From the NCBI GenBank assembly GCA_903886255.1, contig CAISLM010000072.1, positions 18,648 through 82,647 of the forward strand: 64,000 nucleotides of DNA. Direction: 5' to 3'. Below the pieces are notes generated by a model. The model was given only the letters and a program-made list of their open reading frames with translations, did not search any database and was not told the origin of the DNA. The number at the start of each line of letters is the position of its first letter. The first letter of the stretch is position 1. The position numbers and the translations under genes were made by a program. This DNA is from Candidatus Collierbacteria bacterium. GTDB taxonomy: Bacteria; Patescibacteriota; Microgenomatia; UBA1400; MFAQ01. Positions 28,880 to 38,547 of this stretch are shown in pieces.

Positions 28880-29845
28880 CTACAAAACAGCGTTAAATAG
28901 ATAGCCGATAAAGATAATTCCCAATGTCAGAATAGCGATATAAATTGCCAATAGCTTTGGCTTTAAAACTTTCCGCAGGATAATCATTTCCGGAAAAGAA
29001 AGAGCAGTAACAGACATCATAAAAGCTAATGCAGTGCCAATTGGAAGTCCCTTGTCGATGAGAGACTTAACAATAGGGATCGTTCCGGCAGCGTTTGAAT
29101 ACAAAGGAACACCAATAAGGACTGCTATGGGAACCGCAAACGGATTTCCTTTCCCGGCAACTTTGGCTAAAAGGTTTTCCGGGGCATAGCCATGAACCAA
29201 TGCGCCTGCTGCCACTCCCACCAAAACGTATGGAAATACTTTTTTAATCAGGTCGATAGTATATCGATAAGCCTCTTCTACTCGATCTCTCGTGGTTTTT
29301 TTAATTGAGATTGCTTCTGTATTAATTTTTATTTTCCAGACGTAATCTTCTACTAAACGCTCCATTTTCATTTTTCCTAAGATAAAACCAACGACAACCG
29401 CGATGATTACACCAGAAGATATATATAGAAGTGCCACTCCTGGTCCAAATAAGCCTAAAAGCATTATTGCAGCCACTTCATTTACCATGGGGGCGGAAAT
29501 CAAATATGAAAATGTTACTCCCAAAGGAACTCCTGACTCGACCAAACCGATGAAAAGAGGCACTGCCGAACAAGAACAAAATGGGGTGACAATTCCGATT
29601 AAGGCGGCAAAAATATTACCAACTATCTCGAAACGATTTGATAACCATTTTTTGGTCTTTTCGGGTGGAAGGTATGAACGAATTATGGATACAACAAAAA
29701 TAATGACTGAAAGTAAAAGAAATATTTTGATACTGTCAAAGATGAAAAAGTTAATTGCGCCAGCCAAAACACTTCCCTTCGCTAGAGTTAAAACTGTGTA
29801 CGTTAACCAGTCAGCAAATAGTTGCACCGGAAAGAAGATATCCAT
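28880..29845 (-). CDS. ArsP-like permease (DUF318 family)
   Basis: Multi-TM protein carrying the conserved TPFCSCS motif (VTPFCSCSAVPLF) characteristic of organoarsenical efflux permease ArsP. It is the last gene of an arsR/thioredoxin-like/permease operon. Confidence 0.65.
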   Translation of the reverse strand: MDIFFPVQLFADWLTYTVLTLAKGSVLAGAINFFIFDSIKIFLLLSVIIFVVSIIRSYLPPEKTKKWLSNRFEIVGNIFAALIGIVTPFCSCSAVPLFIGLVESGVPLGVTFSYLISAPMVNEVAAIMLLGLFGPGVALLYISSGVIIAVVVGFILGKMKMERLVEDYVWKIKINTEAISIKKTTRDRVEEAYRYTIDLIKKVFPYVLVGVAAGALVHGYAPENLLAKVAGKGNPFAVPIAVLIGVPLYSNAAGTIPIVKSLIDKGLPIGTALAFMMSVTALSFPEMIILRKVLKPKLLAIYIAILTLGIIFIGYLFNAVL

Positions 29846-29848
29846 TGA

Positions 29849-30136
29849 TTAGCAGTTGCCTCCGCAGCTACACTTTGGTTTTTCGTCAACAAAATCAGCT
29901 TTTGCGCCAGAGAGAAGACTTTTTATTTTGTCGGTGTTTCCAGGTGCACCTACCATGACAGGTTTGCCGTCTACTACTAAAACCGGACTGGACATGATCC
30001 CTAGCTCGATGATCTTAGAGACGTCGGTGGAATATTCCACTTCGGCTTTTAGCTTTAACTGCGCAACTGCCTCTTTTGTTTGTTCAAATAATTTTTTGCA
30101 GGTTGGACAACCTGAACCAAGAACTTGGATTTTCAT
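29849..30136 (-). CDS. Thioredoxin-fold redox-active disulfide protein
   Basis: MKIQVLGSGCPTCKKL has a CPxC redox motif near the N-terminus, and the C-terminus is Cys-rich (CSCGGNC). Confidence 0.7.
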   Translation of the reverse strand: MKIQVLGSGCPTCKKLFEQTKEAVAQLKLKAEVEYSTDVSKIIELGIMSSPVLVVDGKPVMVGAPGNTDKIKSLLSGAKADFVDEKPKCSCGGNC

Positions 30137-30441
30137 ATTTTGAATAATTGGTTAGTAATATGCTGACCTTTTTCAGTGAGAGAATAGTAGACTCGAAGTC
30201 CTTTCTTGTTATTGGTAACGATGCCAGCGTCCTTGAGGTCCTTGAGATGATGGGAAATAAGGCTTTGTGAGAGATCATTGTGGTTCATTAGTTCACAAAC
30301 ACAGTGTTCTCCCTTCATAAGGATACATAATAGTTTGAGTCTGCTTTCTTCCGAAACAATTTTAAGTAGGGTGGATAAAGATTCCACTTGTTTTGACTCT
30401 TTACTCGGAGATGAGCAACAACTATATGAACTCATATTCAT
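30133..30441 (-). CDS. ArsR/SmtB-family metalloregulatory transcriptional repressor
   Basis: HTH with a metal-binding CVC (LLCILMKGEHCVCELMNHNDLSQSLISHHLKDLKDAGIV). Confidence 0.75.
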   Translation of the reverse strand: MNMSSYSCCSSPSKESKQVESLSTLLKIVSEESRLKLLCILMKGEHCVCELMNHNDLSQSLISHHLKDLKDAGIVTNNKKGLRVYYSLTEKGQHITNQLFKI

Positions 30442-30609
30442 ATACTACACCAAATCCAGACAAACAGCAAGATCGGAGTTGCAAAATGTTTGGAGGTTGA
30501 GGCTCCTGTGAGAACCTGTGCTCTGCAACGCTCTGAGGATGCCCGCCATTTCCGGGAGATCGCCCGTGCGGATTAACGATAAAATTGCTCCAGACTGTAA
30601 CCTATATGT

Positions 30610-30645
30610 TTGACTATTTTGACTTATCGGGCTATAATATCGTGA
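30610..30645 (+). promoter_or_regulatory. Consensus sigma70-type promoter
   Basis: TTGACT, then 17 bp (attttgacttatcgggc), then TATAAT. It is followed about 50 nt downstream by an AAGGAG SD and a TTG start. Confidence 0.45.
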
Positions 30646-30694
30646 AATTGAGCCTTGGAAACTCAAAAACGACTCACTCATAAGGAGAATCACA

Positions 30695-31078
30695 TTGAAA
30701 ACTAAATTTTATATCTTGCTAGCATTTGTCGCGATTGCTATCATCCTTGTTCTGATAATAGCTTGGCCTTTAAACTTTAAGGTTGTTAGCAAGCCACTGG
30801 ACTTCTGTGCGGCTCCTTATAATTGGGCCGCATGCGACGATTGGACTTTCACAGGACTTCGCCTGACTTGGGGCGCAGAAAAAGATGATAAATTTATCGA
30901 CGTTCTGAATAACGAAGACTGGAACATGATTTGGAACGGCTCAACATATGACCGCCATATTAGAAAAACCTATATGATTCAGAGTTCGCTTTTGGGTGAT
31001 ATTAACTATGGTGATTGCGGTGGCTGGAGGGGAATTTGCTACAAATACTCCGACCACAACGACATTTTTAAACCATGA
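30695..31078 (+). CDS. Small membrane-anchored Cys-rich protein (127 aa), hypothetical
   Basis: TTG start 7 nt after AAGGAG. One N-terminal TM helix, then a soluble domain with 6 Cys (DFCAAPYNWAACDDW...YGDCGGWRGICYKY). Confidence 0.5.
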   Translation: MKTKFYILLAFVAIAIILVLIIAWPLNFKVVSKPLDFCAAPYNWAACDDWTFTGLRLTWGAEKDDKFIDVLNNEDWNMIWNGSTYDRHIRKTYMIQSSLLGDINYGDCGGWRGICYKYSDHNDIFKP

Positions 31079-31178
31079 TTTTCCGGGTGGAATAGCCTTA
31101 TAACCGCTCCACTGGGGCGGTTTTTAATGGCATTAATATACCAGTACGCTAAATTGACCCAAATTTCAGGAGGAATTT

Positions 31179-31685
31179 ATGACAATTACGGCAGTTACTT
31201 TTGCTTTTCAAGGCTATGCAGAGTTATGGAAGGTAGCTTGTGAGCTTGAGAAAATTGAGGCTCTCAACTTCGGCAGCTCAGGGTTCAGATCCGATTTTAT
31301 AGCCGACGAGCTTACCAGGCGGAGTGGCGTAGCAGTTCTTCTGCTAGACGACGGGAAAGTGGTCGGCTATACGGCGGCGATGAGTGCAAAGGAAGCTTAC
31401 ACCCTGGATCCTCACTATTACGGAAGGGATTTTGACCAGGCTGCCTACATCAGCAATTCGTCAATTCACCCAGACTACCAACACAAAAGGTATATCTGGC
31501 TGATGATGGATATGCTTGAAGAAGGATTGCGCCAAAAAGGATATTTATTCCTTGACCGGGATACCAAATCGGATTTGGGATATGCCGATAAAGTTATCTC
31601 CCATTATGGAAAGCGCGTTGTATTTGCCAATCAACCCGAACTAACGATGTGGGGCTTTCAGCGATATATTCGTATCAGTCTCTAA
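31179..31685 (+). CDS. GNAT-like acetyltransferase-fold protein (putative)
   Basis: AGGAGG SD 6 nt upstream of the ATG. The core resembles a GNAT fold (VVGYTAA...YISNSSIHPDYQHKRYIWLMMDMLEEGLRQKGY), but the canonical Q/RxxGxG/A motif is not obvious. Confidence 0.4.
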   Translation: MTITAVTFAFQGYAELWKVACELEKIEALNFGSSGFRSDFIADELTRRSGVAVLLLDDGKVVGYTAAMSAKEAYTLDPHYYGRDFDQAAYISNSSIHPDYQHKRYIWLMMDMLEEGLRQKGYLFLDRDTKSDLGYADKVISHYGKRVVFANQPELTMWGFQRYIRISL

Positions 31686-31686
31686 C

Positions 31687-31715
31687 TAACCTCGGTTTTA
31701 AACCGAGGTTTTTTT
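31687..31715 (+). terminator. Rho-independent terminator
   Basis: CCTCGG-ttttaaa-CCGAGG followed by TTTTTTT. Confidence 0.65.
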
Positions 31716-31788
31716 GACTGTATGAAAGAAAAATTTCTTGGTGAAACTGCTACTTGTTTTATCTCTATATAAGAAATACTATTTCTTC

Positions 31789-32412
31789 ATGGTTGAAAAG
31801 GATTTGGGTAAAGAAAAAATTGAAATTGGAAAAAGAATAATATCGTTTATTGGACCCGAAGGGTCAGGTAAAACTACAATGGCGAAACTCCTGACTATTG
31901 ATTCCGGCAAACCATATTTGACAACCGGAGACACTCTGCGTGAATATGCTGCAAACGATCCGGGCCGGCTCGGTGAAGCGTGTCGAAAAATGTTTGCGGA
32001 ACATATTTATCTTGCGGGAGATTTACTTCTGGAAATTATGAGTTTGCGATTTTGTCGAGACGATACAGAATCCGGTTTCATATTAGATGGTGGTTTCCGC
32101 ACAGTGGAAGAAACGCAAAACTTCCCAATGACTTTAGAATGTTCCGGAAGAAGTTTGCCTGTGGTTGTAATTTATTTAAATATTCCTACTGAAGAATGTT
32201 TTAGAAGATTGATCACGGGGGAAAATGCCAGGAGGAGAATCGATGATACCCAAGAAGCTTTAAGCCATCGATTAGATGAATTCAACTTTCGGCTTAACGA
32301 TAGATTAGAAATCATCAAAAACAATCCTAATTGGAATATTGTTGAAGTTGATGCGACAGGTCCGATCGAAGTTGTGTATAGACGAGTTTGTGATCTGATT
32401 ACAAAATCCTAG
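31789..32412 (+). CDS. Adenylate kinase-like nucleoside monophosphate kinase
   Basis: P-loop GPEGSGKTT, TTGDTLRE, an NMP-binding ILDGGFRT motif (cf. Adk ILDGFPRT), and a LID-like RRRIDDTQEAL. The start is set at the Met at 31789 (MVEKDL). Confidence 0.6.
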   Translation: MVEKDLGKEKIEIGKRIISFIGPEGSGKTTMAKLLTIDSGKPYLTTGDTLREYAANDPGRLGEACRKMFAEHIYLAGDLLLEIMSLRFCRDDTESGFILDGGFRTVEETQNFPMTLECSGRSLPVVVIYLNIPTEECFRRLITGENARRRIDDTQEALSHRLDEFNFRLNDRLEIIKNNPNWNIVEVDATGPIEVVYRRVCDLITKS

Positions 32413-32422
32413 ATTGATTTTG

Positions 32423-32986
32423 TTACCTTACCAAACCTATTGGCTGATACCAAGTAAAGGCTTTTTTGCAAACAGGACAGGTGGTGGGTGGAGTTTTACC
32501 CACATGAATATAACCACAGTTAACACATTTCCACTCCAGTTCGGCGTCTCGGTTATACAAAGTGTTGGCGTCTATTTGTTTGGCAATAATAATGTATCTC
32601 TCTTCGTGTTTTTCTTCTACTTTTTTTACTTCTCTAAACAACCTTTCTGCTTCTTTGTCCCCATCAATTTTTGCCTGATCTTCGAAAGACGGATACATTT
32701 CCGTCCATTCGTAATGTTCACCCTTGGCTGCCATTTTTAAGTTCTCGACTGTTTTTTTACTGTATGGGCCAATAGATAAATTACTGTTTATCAAAACTTC
32801 ATCTTTTATCAATTCAAATTCTTCCTCGGCATGGGCTCTTTCCTGATCCGCAGTTTCTTCGAAGACCCTGGCGATCCATTCTAAATTTTCTTTTCTTGCC
32901 ATTTTGGCAAACATATTATATTTATTCCTGGCTTGACTTTCGCCAGTGAAAGCCTTCAAAAGATTTTCTTGAGTTTTACTTACCAT
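32423..32986 (-). CDS. Rubrerythrin (diiron ferritin-like domain plus C-terminal rubredoxin-like domain)
   Basis: Two E-x-x-H diiron motifs (ADQERAHAEEE; AKIDGDKEAERLF...EEKHEERY) and a C-terminal CxxC...CxxC (CVNCGY...CPVCK). Confidence 0.85.
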   Translation of the reverse strand: MVSKTQENLLKAFTGESQARNKYNMFAKMARKENLEWIARVFEETADQERAHAEEEFELIKDEVLINSNLSIGPYSKKTVENLKMAAKGEHYEWTEMYPSFEDQAKIDGDKEAERLFREVKKVEEKHEERYIIIAKQIDANTLYNRDAELEWKCVNCGYIHVGKTPPTTCPVCKKAFTWYQPIGLVR

Positions 32987-33031
32987 ATTTTCTTACTATA
33001 ACATTTTTAATTAATTATTGATTTACTCAAA

Positions 33032-33508
33032 TTAGTGTTTATTTAATATGTGTTTGACGATTTTGTCTCTAGTTAAATACAGAATGATAACTATGTTTAG
33101 CGAAACGAACAATATTCTGGTTATTGAAGGATGGTGAAGCAACCCAACAATATCCAGAGGAAGAAATACCAGCAAAAGTCCGACAAGTAAGTAATCTGCC
33201 CAACGTTTACGTTGTGACAATCCAATTCCGCAAATAATTTTTGTTAATCCAACTAGGAATAAGTAGATTCCAATAAATAAATAGTGGGCGGAAAGAAAAG
33301 GAGCGTATTTTTGGACGGAAGTAATTATCAAGCCATGGGGACTATCAAGAATACCAGTGTTTCTAAAATTAAAATACAGTTCCTGGAGTTCTTCTCCAAA
33401 AATAATCAGACCTAACCCAATTGTGGTTTCGATACTACCGACTACGAGTTCGTATAAAACGACAATATCAAATGTTAGTGGTAATTTTGTTTTTATATTG
33501 TTACTCAC
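33032..33508 (-). CDS. Hypothetical integral membrane protein
   Basis: Four to five hydrophobic helices. Confidence 0.4.
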   Translation of the reverse strand: MSNNIKTKLPLTFDIVVLYELVVGSIETTIGLGLIIFGEELQELYFNFRNTGILDSPHGLIITSVQKYAPFLSAHYLFIGIYLFLVGLTKIICGIGLSQRKRWADYLLVGLLLVFLPLDIVGLLHHPSITRILFVSLNIVIILYLTRDKIVKHILNKH

Positions 33509-33564
33509 TAATTCATTTTACATGTATTAGATTGGTGGAAATACAATTATTGTTATACTTAGAC

Positions 33565-34443
33565 ATGCTTAAGTGGTTTGCTCTCGTTGTTATTTTGGTT
33601 ATCTGTGCTTTTGGACTAAATATTTTTATCACAAATACAAAAGCGTCAAGTGATGAGATTACCATATTGTTAACGGGGGATATTATGCTTGGACGAAGTG
33701 TAGCCGGGGTGAGTTTGAAAAAAAATGATCTCAACTATCCTTTTGAGAAAGTGGCAAATATCACCAATAGTCCAGACGTGACGATTGGTAATCTTGAAAA
33801 CCCATTCGTGGCAGATTGTCCACCATCAAGCGATGGACTCAAATTTTGTGCTGACCCGAAAATGATTAGTGGGTTGAACTATGCGGGATTTGATATTGTT
33901 AATCTAGCCAATAACCATATGGCAAACTATGGAATAGATGGTACAACGCAAACTGAGAATTATTTGAAAAATGCCGGAATTGATTATGTGGGAATTGGAA
34001 ATATTGTAATTAAGAATATTAAGGGAATAAAATTCGGATTTATTGGATTTGATTTCGTTGATAAAAAACCCTCAGATACCGACTACAAGTTAGTAAAAAA
34101 TTCTAAAAATGAGGTTGATATTCTGGTTGTAATGGTTCATTGGGGCATCGAGTACACTTCTCAGCCGACAAATACTCAAATAACGATTGGTAGAAAGTTG
34201 ATTTCATCCGGAGCAGATGTGGTGGCAGGAAGCCACCCTCACTGGGTGCAAACTACAGAATATTTAACCGGAAAACCTATTTTTTATTCTCTTGGCAATT
34301 TTGTCTTTGATCAGCCTTGGAGCGAAGAAACAAAAAAAGGCTTAGCTGTCAAACTTACTTATCATAGCAATAAACTATCTAATGTCGTGAGTATGCCAAT
34401 TTATATGAATAACTTCGCTCAGCCGGAATGGATAAATAAGTAG
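33565..34443 (+). CDS. CapA/PgsA-family metallophosphatase-fold protein (poly-gamma-glutamate capsule synthesis-like)
   Basis: N-terminal anchor, then CapA motifs (LTGDIMLGRSVA, DIVNLANNHMANYG, GSHPHWVQ). The start is set at the Met at 33565. Confidence 0.7.
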   Translation: MLKWFALVVILVICAFGLNIFITNTKASSDEITILLTGDIMLGRSVAGVSLKKNDLNYPFEKVANITNSPDVTIGNLENPFVADCPPSSDGLKFCADPKMISGLNYAGFDIVNLANNHMANYGIDGTTQTENYLKNAGIDYVGIGNIVIKNIKGIKFGFIGFDFVDKKPSDTDYKLVKNSKNEVDILVVMVHWGIEYTSQPTNTQITIGRKLISSGADVVAGSHPHWVQTTEYLTGKPIFYSLGNFVFDQPWSEETKKGLAVKLTYHSNKLSNVVSMPIYMNNFAQPEWINK

Positions 34444-34446
34444 GAG

Positions 34447-35346
34447 TTATTCCGGAGTGTAATATATTCCGACGTAACTTGTTACACCATCCGGATTTAC
34501 CCCCGATATATCGAATGAGTTTTTATTAAATAAAAGCGTAAATTTTGTATTGATATTTTTCAGATAACCGAATAGGAAAGCGGTACATTGTTTGCAATCA
34601 TTTGTTATTGAATTAATATCTCTTAAATTTATGTTTGGAAGCAGGCTTATACTCTTTTGATCGTTTTGTATGGCAGTTTTAATGGTAGAGTCGTGAGAAA
34701 AATCACTACTGATTACCAGGAGAGTAGAGTTGACGTCAACAGTTTTTGAAATTTGCTCACCCAAATTTGAGAAATATTGAAAATCATTAATTTGTTTTAG
34801 AACCAAAGGTACGAGTTTTGCGTCCGGAAACACTTTCTTGATGAATGGTACCAATACATAAATAGAATGTTCAATCCTAAATAGATTGATGTCGGAATTT
34901 ATTTCTTTGTTTGGAGAAAGTGAATCCAATATTTGTTTATCCGCAATCATATTTCCGAATGGAGTCCGCCACTGCACATCCGTTGTTTGGGCCATATATT
35001 TCAGATCAGAAATTTGATTATAATGGTCCGGTCCAACAATTATGACCGTTTTTACTCCCTTTGGATCTATCCCGGAAAAAGTTTGCGCGATTAGATCTTT
35101 TGCCAAAAAATGGTGACTAGTAGTCGTAGCAAATACTTTAGCTTTAGGAAGGTTGGAATACTTAGAAAACGACTCTTCGTATTCACTAACATTATTAAAA
35201 TAACTCTCAAGAAAATCTTGTTTTTGTGTTGGAATTAATTGAACTTTTGACGATATATTTTTTTCTTTTAAAGAAAATATCAGTATGAAAAGCACTAGCA
35301 ACACAAACGCAACAAAGATAATGTTTTTCGTTTTTGAAGAAATCAC
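34447..35346 (-). CDS. MEMO1/AmmeMemoRadiSam-protein-B-like (LigB-superfamily) protein, membrane-anchored
   Basis: LVISSDFSHD and IIVGPDHYN regions resemble Memo-family motifs. This is a tentative call. Confidence 0.4.
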   Translation of the reverse strand: MISSKTKNIIFVAFVLLVLFILIFSLKEKNISSKVQLIPTQKQDFLESYFNNVSEYEESFSKYSNLPKAKVFATTTSHHFLAKDLIAQTFSGIDPKGVKTVIIVGPDHYNQISDLKYMAQTTDVQWRTPFGNMIADKQILDSLSPNKEINSDINLFRIEHSIYVLVPFIKKVFPDAKLVPLVLKQINDFQYFSNLGEQISKTVDVNSTLLVISSDFSHDSTIKTAIQNDQKSISLLPNINLRDINSITNDCKQCTAFLFGYLKNINTKFTLLFNKNSFDISGVNPDGVTSYVGIYYTPE

Positions 35347-37772
35347 TTGATCAAAGATTCACTCCAACCGGGTGGAGAAGGTAATTTTGATTTATCTTGT
35401 GTGTAGTTCATTGTCCACCAACCTTGATCGGTAAGTCTTTGACCTATCGGTGCATTAAATTCGTAATAATTAAACACCAATCCTTTGGTTAATCTTGTTC
35501 CGTTAGTGTCTTTGACAGCGACATAGATGTAGTTTGGTATTCCATCGCCTTCATAAAGAATTTGACCTTTTACGGCATCGGTCTGGACATCAGCAATCAA
35601 AGCTGACCTCACGTCACTTTCCGATAATACTTCTCCAGGAAGCGCGTCCAGTATTGTACTAAGCGATACCGAAGAAGTCCTCAATGTTTCGAAGTCATCG
35701 TCTGAAATAACTTCATTTTGTAACTCTTTAACGGCAATGCCTCTGAATAAATTTAAACTCTTGATAAAACTTTCATTTCTGCTTGTAAACTCCTGATTAA
35801 TTAAATTCCTACTTTTTAGACCATCATCCGTCATGGCAACTAGGGCAATCAACCTATCGAGGAATGGAATATTTGGCTCGACATAACCCTTGGGAACCGG
35901 AGGAGGAGTTTCATCACCACCGCCACCTCCCCTTTCAGCATACGATTGTTTGGCATATAAAAGTGTGTCGTGTTTTAATTCTGTCCATGATCCGAGTGAG
36001 GCTAACAAATTTTTCTTGTTCCAGTCTTCACCTTTCATAAACATGGGGTAGCCGGTTTTGTCTATATCACCGGTATAGAGAGATTTGATTGTAAATAGCC
36101 ATCCCCAATATATGTTTTGAGTCCAAACATCATCAGTAATATTCGAAAATTGGCTTTTAAGATTATTCAAATTATTATTTAATACTTTGTCTGAGCTTGG
36201 AGCATTTGTACCAATCCAATTTTTTACAAGAGGATCGGCGGTCTTGTTTCCCAGAATAGACATTACCATTAGGGCAGTGGTTGAACTGGGAAGGCTTTGG
36301 CCGGAAACCGGGTCAGGCTTTTCATTACCCTGAGTTAACGAGGTAAAAATAAATGCATCGGGAGTGAATCTTTGACCCATGAATCTAAACCCTTTTGTTT
36401 GCTGGAGAAGTTCGCTTTTGGTTGTATCTGTTACTCCATTTCCAAAAAGTACCGACGATTGAATTTCAGGACCTTGATAATTTTTCATGTCAGCCTGAAC
36501 CTTACTAATGGTTGTGGCATTTACTGAAGATACATCTACATTTCCCAAAGCCGACATATATTCGTACAAACCAAGATCATCAGACTTTCCGACAAAAAAT
36601 GCAGTGGGAATATAGATATCTTGCCATTTATTTAATTCTCCGGTAGTGTTCATCAGGAGACTAATATTAATAGCATCTCTAGTTAATTCCGGACTAGAAA
36701 GAGCGAAGTTATTTCTTCCGTACCACATCATCGCTCTAAAATAAGACCTGAGAACAGAATTTTTTGCGTAGTGGCTTCTCGGAGTAAATTGGGTATAGTC
36801 TTGGAGGTTTTGAATTCCGACACTAGATAAATAATCGCCAAAGAGTGGCGACGCCACTATTGATTTTTGGTCCAATATTAAGGCTAGCTCTGCTTTGGCT
36901 TTTTGATATGAAAAATCCGGTATCGTTGATTTTAAATTCTCAAGATTGTTTAAGATATTTTCGTTTGTATCAAGTTTTTGATCTGCTGTACTATCTGCGG
37001 AAAGCTCAGGGTAGGCCGAGTCCAATATCACTTTGGGCACAGTAAAGAAGGCAATCAATCTTTCGAAACTGGCTTTGTTGCCTGCATCAGTCTGCTTTGA
37101 ATAATCAAGAATTGACTGGGCCAGCATCTTGTCGGTTATTTCTTTTAGATCAGGGAAAAGACTTTTGTTTTCAATGTTTTGAAATTCCTTTTCAAGTAGT
37201 TTGTGATAGATATGGAGTAGGTAGTCAGAGCTGATGAAAACCGAGTTTTCAGGTGCACGATAGTAGATAGAACCGCCCTCGATTGTTAAGTAGAGTTTTG
37301 TCCAGTCATCCGACCGATTTGCCGAATCATCCATGTTGTCACTATAAAATTTGTCGGTATTTGAGGCAATGAAAAAATTCGAGCCAGTGAGGGCAGTTTT
37401 TTGGATGCCGGAAAAGGGTATCTTTTGCACTTGCTCGAAGTTGTTTAAATTTTTAATATCAGATAAGGCGACAACGTAGACCGGAAGTGATGGTTTTACC
37501 GGCGTCTTTACGAGATTGTATTTGGCAAAATCGAAATTAATTTTAAAAGGTTTGCCGGTTTCGCTAATTTTATTCTGACTAAAGAGTCCACTGTTTCGGA
37601 TCGAATTTAGGTTATAGAGATTTTTGATAACCAGATAAATAGATGAAAAAACGAGAATGACTGCAAAAATTCCCATGATAAGAGTGAAATTATTTCGCGG
37701 TTTTTTGGGGGATAAAGGAATCGGCTGAATGGAGGTAGTATCAAGGTTAGGAGTTGTGGGGGTATTTTCCAT
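35343..37772 (-). CDS. Large (809 aa) N-terminally anchored extracytoplasmic protein, hypothetical
   Basis: Pro-rich N-terminus, a single TM (FTLIMGIFAVILVFSSIYLVI) and a long exported domain. It is the last gene of the HerA-like operon and overlaps the downstream gene by 4 bp. Confidence 0.45.
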   Translation of the reverse strand: MENTPTTPNLDTTSIQPIPLSPKKPRNNFTLIMGIFAVILVFSSIYLVIKNLYNLNSIRNSGLFSQNKISETGKPFKINFDFAKYNLVKTPVKPSLPVYVVALSDIKNLNNFEQVQKIPFSGIQKTALTGSNFFIASNTDKFYSDNMDDSANRSDDWTKLYLTIEGGSIYYRAPENSVFISSDYLLHIYHKLLEKEFQNIENKSLFPDLKEITDKMLAQSILDYSKQTDAGNKASFERLIAFFTVPKVILDSAYPELSADSTADQKLDTNENILNNLENLKSTIPDFSYQKAKAELALILDQKSIVASPLFGDYLSSVGIQNLQDYTQFTPRSHYAKNSVLRSYFRAMMWYGRNNFALSSPELTRDAINISLLMNTTGELNKWQDIYIPTAFFVGKSDDLGLYEYMSALGNVDVSSVNATTISKVQADMKNYQGPEIQSSVLFGNGVTDTTKSELLQQTKGFRFMGQRFTPDAFIFTSLTQGNEKPDPVSGQSLPSSTTALMVMSILGNKTADPLVKNWIGTNAPSSDKVLNNNLNNLKSQFSNITDDVWTQNIYWGWLFTIKSLYTGDIDKTGYPMFMKGEDWNKKNLLASLGSWTELKHDTLLYAKQSYAERGGGGGDETPPPVPKGYVEPNIPFLDRLIALVAMTDDGLKSRNLINQEFTSRNESFIKSLNLFRGIAVKELQNEVISDDDFETLRTSSVSLSTILDALPGEVLSESDVRSALIADVQTDAVKGQILYEGDGIPNYIYVAVKDTNGTRLTKGLVFNYYEFNAPIGQRLTDQGWWTMNYTQDKSKLPSPPGWSESLIK

Positions 37773-37799
37773 CGAATTTATATTTTACTTTTTATAATT

Positions 37800-38543
37800 T
37801 TATTGTCCTATATCCGACAGTGTTTTGAAGCCACCAGGTAGTCCAAGCTGACTAAAGTATTCTGTTAACAAGTTTTGTTTTAAAGTTTTGTACTCAGCCT
37901 CTTCGAGCTGGATATTGGCGATACAGTATTGCTTTGAGTTAATGTCGAAGCAAAACATGCAATCTCGAAGATCGAAGCAGTTGTGGCAAAAGAAACTGTT
38001 TGAACATTTGGCGGCAAAACTTACTTCAAACGAAGAACTGACGCTATCGCAGTCCAAAACGCGAATACCAAAACTACAATTCTTGCTGTTTTTTGACGCT
38101 AACATATATTCATTTGGTCCCATATCGCGACAGAACATTAGCTTTGTCGATCCGTGGATAAAAGCCGAGTTGTAAATATAACTTGAAGAATAGATATTGT
38201 CTGAGGCTTCGATAACTTCCGAGTTTAATGATTTACTGCCGCGAAAATAAGCCACATCTCGAACTGCTGCTAAAACATCATAAAGTTTGTCTAAAGGTCT
38301 TTTGGGTTGCAATCCATTACCTTCGTTCATTCTCTTAGTTCTTTCTGTATCGCCGATGAAACGCTTGTAGTTGTATTCCGGAAGGCCGTAAACATCTTCC
38401 CCATTAATTGAGCATTGATATTTTGCGGGCAATAAAAGGTCTTTTGTGAATAATTCCCTAAATTTTTCAATATCCAATACTTCTATCTCCGGAAGTACGT
38501 TTTTCCAAATAACATTATAGAGATCGTTAAATACTTGGTTCAT
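37800..38543 (-). CDS. Hypothetical protein with a C-terminal Cys cluster
   Basis: CSFGIRVLDCDSV...AAKCSNSFFCHNCFDLRDCMFCFDINSKQYC. No family recognised. Starts 4 bp after the HerA-like gene ends. Confidence 0.45.
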   Translation of the reverse strand: MNQVFNDLYNVIWKNVLPEIEVLDIEKFRELFTKDLLLPAKYQCSINGEDVYGLPEYNYKRFIGDTERTKRMNEGNGLQPKRPLDKLYDVLAAVRDVAYFRGSKSLNSEVIEASDNIYSSSYIYNSAFIHGSTKLMFCRDMGPNEYMLASKNSKNCSFGIRVLDCDSVSSSFEVSFAAKCSNSFFCHNCFDLRDCMFCFDINSKQYCIANIQLEEAEYKTLKQNLLTEYFSQLGLPGGFKTLSDIGQ

Positions 38544-38547
38544 CTTT

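Noticed and set aside
30442-31720. Cloning-vector or contaminant origin for the consensus-promoter cassette
   Set aside because: There is no recognisable vector backbone feature (ori, bla, lacZ, MCS). The CDS composition is only modestly GC-shifted. The flanks are continuous with native genes (arsR; the adenylate-kinase-like gene). It is kept as a possible horizontally acquired native cassette instead.
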